Positions 36,627 through 47,584 of a stretch of 64,000 nt of DNA are shown here, piece by piece (position 1 is the first letter of the stretch; every line of letters starts with the position of its first letter). The DNA is taken from positions 1 to 64,000 of IMG/VR virus record IMGVR_UViG_3300025132_000022. One strand, given 5' to 3'. Under the pieces are notes generated by a model. That model was not told the origin of the DNA, ran no database searches, and worked only from the letters and a program-made list of their open reading frames with translations. Made by a program: the position numbers and the translations under genes. The stretch is from a virus.

Positions 36627-37705
36627 TATATGTAATAGTCTGTCTTTGTGTTTAAAATTTTTCTTTCCAAGTAATCCAAGGATCTTTCTATTCCATGTTT
36701 TATTAGCAAACTATAACAGATCTCAAAATGCCTGTCAAGCTTTGATTCAGGAATATATATGTTTTCTTCTATCGCCCGTACATTCACATAGAACCTGTAC
36801 CAATCCTTACTAAAAAAGGAATTCATGGCATCGTCGACAGCGCGACGGTCAACTGAATATCTTTTTGCTTTTATAGTTCCATCGTGACAAACATTGTAAG
36901 CAACATCCTCATCCTCTGCAAAGTACAAGAGTTCATAGTACTCTCTTATTTTACCTCTTAATTTGTCGAGATCGTAACCTCTGCAGTGATAGTAAAAACC
37001 GTCATTACCATATCGACCAGAATAATCCGTCATAGGACCCGTATTGTTGGCCACCAAACACCAGGGGGCGTGTTTTAAAAGTACAAAACCAGTTGAGGTC
37101 AACATTTCTGTAAACGCTGGAAACGACGGACTGTCCAATATCTTCCTTTTCAGATTCAGGGTCGAGGTTCCATGACTGACATCCAGGAGATCTATCACTA
37201 GTCCCGAAGCGTGCATCGGACACAGCCTAGACTTAACAAAACCAGAATAAGTTATCGGTGTTTGGTTAGAGAATTGAACCAACCCTTGCAAGACAAAATT
37301 AGTAAAATCGCCCATTCCCTTTATTTTTTTCTTGTTCGGTAGTATGAAATTGGCATATATGGCAGTAAACAGGAACTCCAATTGTATGTCGTAAAGTTCT
37401 AGAGGGTTGACATACCCTTTCTTTGCATGAAGTATGGGCAAACCGTTAATTGGGTTTTCTAACCTTTCATATTTCGCCTTCAGATCCGTAAAGGCATCAA
37501 CAACGTAACAGAGTGCACTCGCGTCAGTACCTGGAATTTGTTCTATGGCTGTTTTGTTCAGTGGCGCGATAGCGCGTCTATCTCCATCCACGCGACCATA
37601 GAGAGATTGACGCAAATCCCTATTATCGAATGCCAAGACTTTAACTGGGTTTGCATCATTCACTATGTATTTAAATGAGTCTATTAGGGTCTTCCTCGTT
37701 GTCAC
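36626..37705 (-). CDS. hypothetical protein at end of baseplate operon
   Basis: 359-aa ORF coupled to both neighbours. Confidence 0.65.
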   Translation of the reverse strand: MTTRKTLIDSFKYIVNDANPVKVLAFDNRDLRQSLYGRVDGDRRAIAPLNKTAIEQIPGTDASALCYVVDAFTDLKAKYERLENPINGLPILHAKKGYVNPLELYDIQLEFLFTAIYANFILPNKKKIKGMGDFTNFVLQGLVQFSNQTPITYSGFVKSRLCPMHASGLVIDLLDVSHGTSTLNLKRKILDSPSFPAFTEMLTSTGFVLLKHAPWCLVANNTGPMTDYSGRYGNDGFYYHCRGYDLDKLRGKIREYYELLYFAEDEDVAYNVCHDGTIKAKRYSVDRRAVDDAMNSFFSKDWYRFYVNVRAIEENIYIPESKLDRHFEICYSLLIKHGIERSLDYLERKILNTKTDYYI

Positions 37706-40700
37706 TTCTTCGCCCTCTTTTTCAATTGCTCTTTTATCATTTGTATGTCTTCTTCCGACTTGCCTTGCTTCCTTAGAGGTTCAACCTGAGAATCTATTCT
37801 TTTCTCCGTCGCGATGGCCTGAGCTTTTGCTCGCGCCTTTTTAGATTCCGTCTTTTCATATTTGAGTTTCCTGGATTGACGCTTGTCGTATCCAGGTCTC
37901 AGTCTGTCAATCGCTTCCGACCAGTCTATCGTCGCTTCATTGTAACATTTGAAGACCGTCTCAAAACCGTTAGGACTTAGTTTGTGTTCCACATTGATTA
38001 CGTTGTATAATCCAGTTATTCCAACCTCTTTAAATATTGGAGAGTTGTTAATGTCATCCACTCCGATCAGGGACGGTTTGATGAAAAAAGACAAACCAGG
38101 ACAAAAGTCCAACAGTCCATAACTCGTTACGTCGACATTGTACAACTGTGGAATCATGACAAGTCCCTGTTCGGAATTGTATGCCTTGATTATGTTATCG
38201 TCTTGCTTTGCTTTCATCGACTGATTCTCAACTTGCTTGAATACAATCTTCTTTATTATGCTCCTGTCTTGTCCAACTTCCCACTTGGATAGTTTCTGGG
38301 CATCAATTAATTTCAATTGCGTGGATGCCTGGGACATCGTGTAATAAAATACTGACTGGTCTGTCGACTTTGACTCCGTACCGTATCCTCTGGCATAAAG
38401 TTGTGCAACCGTGGGTTTGAGTTTTAAATATTCAACGCCCTTAGCATCTGTTCTGAATTGTCCGCACTTTACACTATATGCAGAATTATAGCGACCCGAA
38501 TCTAAAACATAATCACCCTGATTAAAATATCTCTGCACCTCCATTAGAAAGGCAGTAATCAACCTCTGTAGAGTAAGTCTTCGAGAAGTCGAATTTTCAA
38601 AATCACTCATGACCTTTTGGTATACCTGCATCGCAATAGGAACACCATATAAATTTTGAAACTTACCATCAAGATTTATATTACCAAGCATGATGTGCAC
38701 CTTTTCTCCCTTTAGATAAGATTCAGACTCACTAACCTCCAAAAAAGCATTGATAATGTCACCAAGTCTAAAATAATAGACTGAATGCTCGCTATCACTT
38801 ATGGCGGCCGCTTCTTTCTTTTCGTTTGCGTCGGCATCGGCAACGGCGGCGTCTGATTCTTTCTTCGCCTGGTTCTCTCCAGTGCTGTCGCCCTTCTTTA
38901 TCTTTGCATTGGCCACTGCGCGAGCGTCATCCGCCTTTTGTTTGTTCTCTTTCTGTTGTGCGTCTTTGCTTGTTGTGGAACTTGAATCGGACTTTTCGAT
39001 TGTCTTTGCGACTGCCTTTGTCTTTCCTGATTTGTCCTTTTTTGTCTTGGCGGTATCAACCTGGTCAGTTATGTCCCTTGTCGTACCGTCTGGCAGTTTA
39101 ACACTCAACCCTGGTAGTTCCTCACCTTTCGAATCGCGAGTTACGATTAGTCTTTCAATTTTTGGAGGTTGCATCGGCGTTGCACCTGCTTCGATATCTG
39201 TTGATATGTACAGTCTAACTCTACACTTCTGCTTGAAAGGTCCAACCTTCATCTTTGGTGAGATCTTGGCAGGCATTGTGTCAGTGTCTTTTACGGTATT
39301 TTTCGCTACTGTTGGGTAGTGAGGCGCAATAACTCTATCGAATGCCTTTTTGAACATCCTCTCCTTCACGGTGGATCCCATAACTGCGAATCTGTACATC
39401 TCGCTTCTTTCTACCAACTTATTCAAACATCTTTTGATTTTTTCACTCTTTTTGTCTTGGAAGTACTGTGTGTGACGATTTATAAATTCTGGTACTTTCT
39501 TTTGGTCCTTTACTCTTGTAAAGAATTCTACAATGTTGTTTTTCGTGTTGAGTCCAACTGTAGGGTGAACCCTGTTTATGTATTCATGAACCATTTTTTC
39601 AGATTCTTTTGGTAGAGTTTTTCGATAGGATCGATCTTTGAATTTCTTGTTCAGTTCCACGTAGTGCTCATTAACTAGAGTGTCGCCCTCTGACATCACA
39701 TCCGTATCTTGCAAAGTTTCACTAACTCTGGAAACGTAGTCTGCTTGAAGTATAAAGGATCCATCATCATTGAAGTTGAAGGTGTGCTTGTAATAGGACA
39801 TAACAAAAGTCTTCATCTGCTTTTTGATCGAATCCACCTGAATTTTAGTAAACCCAAGTGCCTTTTGGGTGCTTTCGCTAGGTGTTGCCCACCCTATTCG
39901 CATTAACAAATCCTTTGGTCCAAATATTGACCCACCGAGGCCTTCTGGTTGTATTAACGGCACATAGTGCTTCCGACCCCTTTCTCCACTAAAAACAGAT
40001 AAGTTAGATCCATAGAAAGTTACTGTTGAGTCTATATCTCGTTTAGCAGTCTCTGGGGTATCGCCCGCCAAACGAATAGTCAAGTCCTGTAAACCAAGCA
40101 CGCTTTGAAAGTTGTTTATTGCTGCGACGCCTGTTTGTCCTTTAGTAGAAAGTCCTCTGTTTTGAAGAGGTATTGAGGTCAATTTGGGTGTAGGACCGCG
40201 AGTTCGAATAAAGAACTCCACTTGAGGTGTGAGCGCAGATAGCTGAGCATTGTTCAGCGTGACCAATGGGTTGACCAAAAAACCTTCATAATCTTTGCTT
40301 TTTACGTTATTCATCCTAAAATTAAAAATGTTTGTTAATCTATTTGTATTCATGCCTTTCGGTAAAGAAAAGACGCGTCCCGTGTCTTTAGATCCGACCT
40401 TTTTGCGCCTAGTCTTGCTGTGCGCTGGTGAATCTATGATTTGGTTTGCGTACATGCTTAAAAGGTGCTGGTCCTTACTACCCTTTCTGAGTGAAATATA
40501 TTTGTCCTGTATCTTGTCAAATGCTCGTTCGGCGGATTCAGGAATAAAAGCTTGCACCATTAAACTTTCACGACGTTCTGATTCGTCGATAGTCTTCTTT
40601 GCAACCTCTGTGGCAATTGCCCCATCTGCGCCCATGAACCCTGACTGGTATGCGCGTTCATCGACGAGTGCAATTCTTTTATCTAACTGTGTCAACCTCG

Positions 40701-41457
40701 CCCTCAAAGAAGGTATATTCGCATTGGAGGGGTCTCTTTTATATTTGTCACTGTTAAGGAGCGCTATGATCGCTGACCTTTCGTTTAGCAGTTTTTCATT
40801 TTTCCATTCTTTAATCGTGTTGTCCCACCAAGCAGTGAAGTTCTTGATGTTTCCAATTTTGTCTTGTGTTTCTTGGTCTTTTGTTGCGTGGTCGTTGCTT
40901 GACCTTGTTTGGGCGCTGCCGATGATACCGCCGCTGTTTATGTACTTGCCTGTAAAGGGGTCTCTCCCGTAAATTTGACTCCACGCATTGGGTTCTGCGG
41001 AGCGAGCGCGGGCTACTATGTCCGCACCAACTTCCAAATCTTTTTTTGATTTACGCAGGATAAGCTGGTCTGCGCTGAATGAGTTTCTCTCGACCACGTA
41101 TCTTTCAAACCCCTTTATGCGTAGTGTCTCTCCTAATTCGTACATCTTAAAGAATGTGTCGAGTTTTTTATTGTTCTGGCCATTACCATGGTAGAAGGCA
41201 GAGATTGCGCCTTTGGTGTAGTTGCCGACGCGGAGAAGGCGTTTATTATCGAACACGAATTTTGCTTCGGACAAGCAGCGCTTGAAGACGCGGTTAGCGA
41301 TTTTAACCATATCGTCTTTGATTGTTTTATATGTTGCTTTTTTATCCTTTTCGTCTCTTTCAACATCGAAGGCGGTGCGCTTGTATTCACTAATGAACTT
41401 CTGATCTTCTGGTGATGTGACCTTTTTTTCACGATCTCTAGGGAGTAAATCCACCAT
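37702..41457 (-). CDS. large baseplate hub-like structural protein
   Basis: Position after LysM gene; IGW, F.F..DGS...DY, C-terminal PG..F....GLY.VI.VEH.L...GFET typical of gp27-like hubs. Confidence 0.6.
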   Translation of the reverse strand: MVDLLPRDREKKVTSPEDQKFISEYKRTAFDVERDEKDKKATYKTIKDDMVKIANRVFKRCLSEAKFVFDNKRLLRVGNYTKGAISAFYHGNGQNNKKLDTFFKMYELGETLRIKGFERYVVERNSFSADQLILRKSKKDLEVGADIVARARSAEPNAWSQIYGRDPFTGKYINSGGIIGSAQTRSSNDHATKDQETQDKIGNIKNFTAWWDNTIKEWKNEKLLNERSAIIALLNSDKYKRDPSNANIPSLRARLTQLDKRIALVDERAYQSGFMGADGAIATEVAKKTIDESERRESLMVQAFIPESAERAFDKIQDKYISLRKGSKDQHLLSMYANQIIDSPAHSKTRRKKVGSKDTGRVFSLPKGMNTNRLTNIFNFRMNNVKSKDYEGFLVNPLVTLNNAQLSALTPQVEFFIRTRGPTPKLTSIPLQNRGLSTKGQTGVAAINNFQSVLGLQDLTIRLAGDTPETAKRDIDSTVTFYGSNLSVFSGERGRKHYVPLIQPEGLGGSIFGPKDLLMRIGWATPSESTQKALGFTKIQVDSIKKQMKTFVMSYYKHTFNFNDDGSFILQADYVSRVSETLQDTDVMSEGDTLVNEHYVELNKKFKDRSYRKTLPKESEKMVHEYINRVHPTVGLNTKNNIVEFFTRVKDQKKVPEFINRHTQYFQDKKSEKIKRCLNKLVERSEMYRFAVMGSTVKERMFKKAFDRVIAPHYPTVAKNTVKDTDTMPAKISPKMKVGPFKQKCRVRLYISTDIEAGATPMQPPKIERLIVTRDSKGEELPGLSVKLPDGTTRDITDQVDTAKTKKDKSGKTKAVAKTIEKSDSSSTTSKDAQQKENKQKADDARAVANAKIKKGDSTGENQAKKESDAAVADADANEKKEAAAISDSEHSVYYFRLGDIINAFLEVSESESYLKGEKVHIMLGNINLDGKFQNLYGVPIAMQVYQKVMSDFENSTSRRLTLQRLITAFLMEVQRYFNQGDYVLDSGRYNSAYSVKCGQFRTDAKGVEYLKLKPTVAQLYARGYGTESKSTDQSVFYYTMSQASTQLKLIDAQKLSKWEVGQDRSIIKKIVFKQVENQSMKAKQDDNIIKAYNSEQGLVMIPQLYNVDVTSYGLLDFCPGLSFFIKPSLIGVDDINNSPIFKEVGITGLYNVINVEHKLSPNGFETVFKCYNEATIDWSEAIDRLRPGYDKRQSRKLKYEKTESKKARAKAQAIATEKRIDSQVEPLRKQGKSEEDIQMIKEQLKKRAKK

Positions 41458-41460
41458 TGT

Positions 41461-41799
41461 CTACCCTCTCACGTAGTCGTATATGACTTCCCAGTTAATC
41501 GGAATATAGACGGTATCTCCCAGATCCAGGTGCGCTTCGGTTGGTGCCAAATTGAAACTTGCAATAACCCACCACAATTCTGGGTTTCCGTAGTGTTCGC
41601 TTGCTAATTTAAAATACTTATCACCCATTTGCCAAAGCACTATCTCGTACTGTATTAGATCTCGGACTCTATCAGGAATCGTGATGTATCTAGGAGTGAC
41701 GTACTGTTCAATTTTTTTCACCCCACGTCCTTTAAGAACATTTTTATATCTCACACTTTGATTAATTCTCAATAACCTATTAGAGTATCTGCTTTCCAT
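41461..41799 (-). CDS. LysM-like baseplate wedge protein (gp53/gpX-like)
   Basis: GD....LA..HYG.PELWWVIA.FN...G..VYIP. Confidence 0.85.
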   Translation of the reverse strand: MESRYSNRLLRINQSVRYKNVLKGRGVKKIEQYVTPRYITIPDRVRDLIQYEIVLWQMGDKYFKLASEHYGNPELWWVIASFNLAPTEAHLDLGDTVYIPINWEVIYDYVRG

Positions 41800-42731
41800 T
41801 ATTTCTTCCCGTTCCCTGTCGCTTGATTCAAACTCTTCTTAGCGGCAGATCTATTCTTGGAGGACTTTGCACGCTGATTTTTTCTACCTGCACTGCCGCC
41901 AGTAGCTACGGCAACTTGACCACCTGTTTCCGCATCTCTGACCCTATTGAGAGGTGAATTATTGACCGTTGTAGATCCTCTTTCTACGTCGTGAGTCTTT
42001 CCGCTCTGCAATTCATAACCGTAGGGGAATCCTGATTTTGCTCCGCCCAACCAGGTACCGCCGCTCCAACCCAAAGAGTGTTCATGCACAACAACAAACG
42101 AAAAGTTGAGTTCAAAAACTTTCGGAACAAAGGTGTGACTCCTGTTTGTTGTCTTTCTTACGCCGTTCTCGATTCTATTGTATGCCTTCACTGCCTGATC
42201 TGACATTCCTGGACTCATGTGGTGAAATCCTGCTTCCAAATCTGGTGTAAAATCAACATTCTCGATCCATCCAGTCAGTCCGCCCTTCAATACACTTCTA
42301 GCGTTCTCTTCTATTGTAGCATTTTTTATAAAATTTGCAAACTTTACTTTTAGTAAAGGATAAGCGTTCATTGTGTTGGTGGTGCCGTTTTGTTTAAAAG
42401 ACGGGTATAAGAATGCCACAAGATGCTCAAATTGATGCATGTTGGCATATGCCTCCTCTGGAGTATATGAAGGAATGCCCAGACTAATGGAAATCCTTCT
42501 TGTGGTATTGTTCCAGGATCCGATCGGGTCAGCACGGCCGAAGACGTTTTGAGTGTTCCATGTGCTGGTGAAGTTTTCACTATAACTCGTCAACCAAGCA
42601 GGAAACACACACGCCTTGCCAGAAGCGACATGCATAATCTCGATGCTAAAACCTGCTTTTTCCAATCCAGATATATTAGGGTCTGCATTCGCTGCGTCTA
42701 CTGACCAAAATCCATCATTACTACCGCCCAT
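41799..42731 (-). CDS. baseplate/tail-tube initiator-like protein
   Basis: FPA.LT.YSENF...W....VFGR.DP....NT.R.IS, L...LYP; follows the tape measure genes. Confidence 0.7.
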   Translation of the reverse strand: MGGSNDGFWSVDAANADPNISGLEKAGFSIEIMHVASGKACVFPAWLTSYSENFTSTWNTQNVFGRADPIGSWNNTTRRISISLGIPSYTPEEAYANMHQFEHLVAFLYPSFKQNGTTNTMNAYPLLKVKFANFIKNATIEENARSVLKGGLTGWIENVDFTPDLEAGFHHMSPGMSDQAVKAYNRIENGVRKTTNRSHTFVPKVFELNFSFVVVHEHSLGWSGGTWLGGAKSGFPYGYELQSGKTHDVERGSTTVNNSPLNRVRDAETGGQVAVATGGSAGRKNQRAKSSKNRSAAKKSLNQATGNGKK

Positions 42732-42732
42732 T

Positions 42733-44955
42733 TTATAACCTCTTAACTGCGTTCAGTCCATCAGCAACCATTTGACCAGCCGCCCTCTCACTCATAGATA
42801 GTTTCAAATTTGACTTTTTGGCTGCGATTTCATCAACTATACCTGTGATCTGCTTTATCATTTTTGCCAGAGCACCGTCCGCTTTAGCAGCGTAAAATTG
42901 ATCATCTTTGTTAAAAACTGGAGTTATGTAGTTGTTGGCAGTCTTTGGTCTCGCCATAACTGGTTGTGTAGATCCTGGTGATCCGAACCCGTCGTTTGTT
43001 TCTTTGGGAACGTATCTTGATTGACCCTGTGCTTGGACGTTCAGGTTGTAGGAACTATTGAGTCCAGGTCCTTCGGTCTTTTTTGCGCTGCCTGAAGAAG
43101 ATCCACCTGCGAACTTCATACCACCTCCACTCCCTCCGCCGAGGTCCTTGGCAAGGGCCCGTTGCACACGCGGACTAACTGCAGCGCCACCAGCGTCGGG
43201 AGTTGTCCTTGGGGCGGCGTTCTGTTGCATTTCCATTCTTTCTTGCTCCATACGAGGACCTTCTCTCTCTGAGATGCCACCCTCAAAAGCATTGAACGCT
43301 GCAATACCTCCTGTAGTGCCAACTATAGTGGCAATTGTGCTTGCTCCTGCGCCAAACTTGCCCGCTGCCATTGCGAACATGAGTCCTGCAAAAACTATCA
43401 AGTTATCTGAAAAGAAGTCGATAATCCCAACTACGTAATCGGTCAATTTTATAAGTCCTGTCGGGCCGCCGATCAAATCAGTTAATTGACCCGCTACCTC
43501 TTCCAATTTTGACATCAACTTTGTGCCCACATCTAACTGCTGTGCAACTAGCGCTTGAGTGTCCTGCATCGAAACCGCAACGTCGTCCAGGCGGGCTCGA
43601 TCTTCATCCATTATATCAACTTCTTCGTTAAAATATTGTTTTAATTGCGCCACGTCACCGCCGAAACCCAGATCGAAAGACATTCCTCTAAGTCGCCTTT
43701 CACTCATCTCGCCAATCGAGCGGCCCTCTCTTTTCAAGGAGTCCATTATGAGTTTTCTCTTCTCCGCAGGTGACTCTGCTGCTAGTAACGCTTGAGCGCT
43801 CACTATCGGTGCGCCGAATGCAACGTGTATACTTTGAGCGAATTTTGCTGCTCCTTCAAAAGTATCCATGTTTTCGTTCATCTGCAAGAGTTTGTTTACC
43901 TCTATGCCCAACTTACTAGACATCAAGGCAGTGTCTTTAAAGATCTTTTGTGACATTTCTGCTTCGAATCTTGCCAGTATCGGCATTGCGTTCTTAAAGT
44001 CTGACAGCATTTCATTTGCAGGTCGACCTAACTCTCTTGACACGCCTGTAAGATTGAAAAGAAGGTCTTTTGCCGCTTCGGGTGTTTGACCAAATGCCTT
44101 TACTTGTGTTCCGATAATCTGTGACTGAGTGTTCATATCAACGCCCAACTTACTAATCACACCCATGCCTGTCGCAAGTGCTTTCAGTTGTGAGTCTGGA
44201 CCTGTAGTTAGTTCTGAAAATGATAAAAAGTTTTGTTTTAGAGATGAGGCGGCCTCTGCGGCGACGCCCTCAAGATTGGTACCTATCGCACCCATTGCTC
44301 TTGCAGTCTCACCAACGTCTAACTGGTCCCTGGTGATTTGTGCTGTTGAGAACAACTTCGCTCTCGCCTTGTCTCCCCTAAGCATCGTCTCAAACATTTT
44401 CGTGGTGATTGAAACCAATATGTTCGAAAATGTTAGTGTTTGAGATATCCCTTTCGCAAACCCCTCGATTAATCCTTTCTTACTTAAGTCCCCGAAACCC
44501 TTTGATATGCCAAACGTCGCCTGAAGCAACCTTTCCGCTGCTGCTTCTCCTTTTTGCATAGATGCACGAACATTCTCTTCAAGTTTGATCGCATCCCTGA
44601 GCGCCTTGAATCTGGACCTTGCTGCTTCGAGTTGTTCTTCATCCAACTCCTTTTGAGTCACCATGAACTCTATCTTTCTTTTAAGATCAGATGCTTCCTG
44701 GTTCAATAATTCAAGTTTTTTGTCCTCAAGATTAATGACTCCCTCAAACTTATCAGACTGTTCATTGAAGAGTTTTCTTATGTCGTCGTATCTTTTTGAA
44801 ATTTCTTCGACGGGCATGCCGCGTATGTCCATGACAGACTCGCCGAGGACTTCTTTGATCGCGATAAGAAAACCTTCAATTAATTTTGGATCTATATTTG
44901 AGTTTTTTGCCGCCTCGATGAGTTGTTCGGTCAGTTTCTTACTATCTTCACTCAT
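42733..44955 (-). CDS. tape measure protein-like (paralog 2)
   Basis: Helical, Ala/Gly-rich, TM-like segment; homologous to 44952-47573. Confidence 0.7.
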   Translation of the reverse strand: MSEDSKKLTEQLIEAAKNSNIDPKLIEGFLIAIKEVLGESVMDIRGMPVEEISKRYDDIRKLFNEQSDKFEGVINLEDKKLELLNQEASDLKRKIEFMVTQKELDEEQLEAARSRFKALRDAIKLEENVRASMQKGEAAAERLLQATFGISKGFGDLSKKGLIEGFAKGISQTLTFSNILVSITTKMFETMLRGDKARAKLFSTAQITRDQLDVGETARAMGAIGTNLEGVAAEAASSLKQNFLSFSELTTGPDSQLKALATGMGVISKLGVDMNTQSQIIGTQVKAFGQTPEAAKDLLFNLTGVSRELGRPANEMLSDFKNAMPILARFEAEMSQKIFKDTALMSSKLGIEVNKLLQMNENMDTFEGAAKFAQSIHVAFGAPIVSAQALLAAESPAEKRKLIMDSLKREGRSIGEMSERRLRGMSFDLGFGGDVAQLKQYFNEEVDIMDEDRARLDDVAVSMQDTQALVAQQLDVGTKLMSKLEEVAGQLTDLIGGPTGLIKLTDYVVGIIDFFSDNLIVFAGLMFAMAAGKFGAGASTIATIVGTTGGIAAFNAFEGGISEREGPRMEQERMEMQQNAAPRTTPDAGGAAVSPRVQRALAKDLGGGSGGGMKFAGGSSSGSAKKTEGPGLNSSYNLNVQAQGQSRYVPKETNDGFGSPGSTQPVMARPKTANNYITPVFNKDDQFYAAKADGALAKMIKQITGIVDEIAAKKSNLKLSMSERAAGQMVADGLNAVKRL

Positions 44956-47573
44956 GCGAGTCCTCCATTAGTAGCAGCATAGGTTTTCCCCCCGACTTCA
45001 AGAGAAACGCTGGTCTCTGAATCCCTTAGAGTAATTAGTCCCTTCCTTAAATTGTCTAATCCTTCTAGAAGCGCGCCGTCATCTCTTGCTGTTTGGAAAT
45101 CCTTCTTTTTCATCGGCACAGCCTTCATTGCGGTGGGGGAGTCATTGATACTCAAAAGTTCACTGGATCTGTCTTTTGCTCGGTAACTTGGCTCAGTGAC
45201 GACATTCGTCTTTCCTCGCGCCAGAGCGTTGTTTTGCAACTTGGCGGCCTTGCCAACAAGTTTGCCGTCTGAGAATCCCATACCCTTCATGAGAGGTAAA
45301 ATTATATTATCCGAAAATGCCTGACCTATGGCAGATGCGCCTAACAATCGTCCGAGATATTGCCCCAACATACTACCAGCAGCGCGCAGGACCAGTCCAA
45401 CAATGAATCCTAAACCAGGCGCTGCAATGTTCAGCGCGTTGCCGATCACTGCGCCTCCAAGACCACCCAACCATCCGCCAAGGGCACCCGTCAATGCCTC
45501 AACTATAGCTCTTGACTTTGCTTTTAGGTCCAAATCGTCTCGACTCATTATAAGAGCAGTCTCACCTGCAGCGAAAAGAAACTCTATAATGGGAAATTTA
45601 GAAATCGTTTTCAAGATCTTGCTGTTGCTCAACGCTGATCCGATTTTGCTTGCGTACCTGGACAATATACCGCCGCTGGACTGCGCTGCTGCTCCGCCAA
45701 GTGCTTTAGTTCCCTCTTTGACTCCCATTTCGGTTACTTCGCCCGCAACAGTTGATGTGGCTACGGTTCCAAAGATCGTTTTTCCTATTTGTTTCAAGCA
45801 CCCACCAGCGCCGAGGGCGTTGTTTGCGGTGTTAACTGCTTTTTGGGCATTTATTGTTGCCTTGAGTGCTGTGATTTCCATCTTAAGCGCGGGTATTCTG
45901 ATCGTTTCGTCGACTTTAGATTTAAGATATGCTGCGCTGGCAGCGGCACCTGCAGCTAAGATAAGAGGTGCAGATATTTTCGAATGATCTGCCAAAAACG
46001 AGACTGCTCGGGTTATCGCAGGCATTGCCCTATAGATTGCAGAGTTTAGTCTCTGAACCAACTTCGCCATTGCTGCATCTATTCTGTCCGCTTGGGACAA
46101 GGATTCTCCAACATCTTTTATTATCTCTTCATCAGTCGCTGGACCTTCTTGGTTGGCGACGGCCTCATTAAAATCCGTGAACTGCCCTCTTACTATCTTC
46201 TGGAAGTTCTCAGCACTGACCCCTGCGGAACCCATATATCCCTGCATTGCCCTGATGACTCTTTGGTTAGGCGTTCCAAACTGTGCCTCCGCTTTCTGAT
46301 ATGCGTCGGCAATCATCTTAACCTTACCTGAAGCGTCAGCAGCGAGCAAGGCGACTCCATTTATAAAAGAACCTCCAAGTAAAGAATTCAACTTTGCTGC
46401 GGTCTTAAGTGCGTTTTCAGAAGTATCCAAATCCTCTGTCATTGCCATCAAGTCTTCCACTTTGATGTTTGCTTGTCTTGCCGTCGCAGCGAGTCTGGAG
46501 AACATCTGCGGTGCCTTACGCCCAAAACGAGCATACGTGGGCAAGGTTTTTGCAAAACTATCAAACGTCTCCTGTTGTGTCATTCCAGATTCTTTACCCA
46601 TCTTATAAAGAGTTTTAACCGTGGTATCCATCTCTTTTGATCCCATTCCGATACCCACCGACAAACTCTGATATATACTTCCCATTGCGGTTGTGGAAAC
46701 ACCCAGTTTTTTAAGTCTTCCAGACATCTTTGACATTTGAACAATTTCACCAGAATCTTTAAACTGCCTAAAGACCTTCATCTCTGACTGTAAGTCCGCT
46801 ACCACTTCAGCAGAGGCCATCAGACTACCTGGTCCGTATGCCGACGTAAGATCAGAACTTATATCAAGCAGTTCTTGTGTAAAATCACTCATCCCAGATC
46901 TTCTGAAGAGTTCACCTCTTGCCTTATCAGCAGTAACTGCCTGTTCTAGCATCTTTTTGGTGAGAGACATCAATATATTGGTCGCGGTAAGTGTCTCTTT
47001 CATCCCCTTGGCAAATCCTTGCACCGAAGCGAGGATACCGCCTGGACCGTCGAACGACTTACTGATACCAAGTGTGGACTGTAGCGTCTTTTCTGCAATG
47101 GCAGCGCCCTTACTCACGCCTTTCTGAAATCTGGCCTCTACTTCGAGTTGCTTCTTGAGTTGCTTATATATTTCTTGTGCGCGTTTAGCGGCGTCTGATG
47201 CCAGTTCACCTGCGACGGCGTATTTCTCTATATTATACTTAATTCTAGACATCTGCTGTCTAATAATTTGAGACTTTACCTGACTTGCTTCTTCCGTATC
47301 GTATGAGAGGTATTTTTTTGCATTTTCAAATGCCTCGGCATCCTTTTTAAATTGTAAAAGTATTTTACTGAAAAAGTCATTGGAATCCTGTAGTCCAGAA
47401 CCCCCTTTTTCGCGCCGTGCAATAATCCTTTCATACTCAGAAAAAATCGACTTAATAAGCGCTTGATCTGACTCGCTTATCTCAGGGGGTTCGCCGTCTT
47501 TGGGATTGTATTCACCACCTGTCTGGAACTTTCTAAATAGTGCGTCTAATTTTTGCGGATCTATGAAAGCCAT
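44952..47573 (-). CDS. tape measure protein-like (paralog 1)
   Basis: Helical with Gly-zipper TM region (GALGGWLGGLGGAVIG); position after the tail chaperone. Confidence 0.75.
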   Translation of the reverse strand: MAFIDPQKLDALFRKFQTGGEYNPKDGEPPEISESDQALIKSIFSEYERIIARREKGGSGLQDSNDFFSKILLQFKKDAEAFENAKKYLSYDTEEASQVKSQIIRQQMSRIKYNIEKYAVAGELASDAAKRAQEIYKQLKKQLEVEARFQKGVSKGAAIAEKTLQSTLGISKSFDGPGGILASVQGFAKGMKETLTATNILMSLTKKMLEQAVTADKARGELFRRSGMSDFTQELLDISSDLTSAYGPGSLMASAEVVADLQSEMKVFRQFKDSGEIVQMSKMSGRLKKLGVSTTAMGSIYQSLSVGIGMGSKEMDTTVKTLYKMGKESGMTQQETFDSFAKTLPTYARFGRKAPQMFSRLAATARQANIKVEDLMAMTEDLDTSENALKTAAKLNSLLGGSFINGVALLAADASGKVKMIADAYQKAEAQFGTPNQRVIRAMQGYMGSAGVSAENFQKIVRGQFTDFNEAVANQEGPATDEEIIKDVGESLSQADRIDAAMAKLVQRLNSAIYRAMPAITRAVSFLADHSKISAPLILAAGAAASAAYLKSKVDETIRIPALKMEITALKATINAQKAVNTANNALGAGGCLKQIGKTIFGTVATSTVAGEVTEMGVKEGTKALGGAAAQSSGGILSRYASKIGSALSNSKILKTISKFPIIEFLFAAGETALIMSRDDLDLKAKSRAIVEALTGALGGWLGGLGGAVIGNALNIAAPGLGFIVGLVLRAAGSMLGQYLGRLLGASAIGQAFSDNIILPLMKGMGFSDGKLVGKAAKLQNNALARGKTNVVTEPSYRAKDRSSELLSINDSPTAMKAVPMKKKDFQTARDDGALLEGLDNLRKGLITLRDSETSVSLEVGGKTYAATNGGLA

Positions 47574-47584
47574 TTAGCAGTCCT

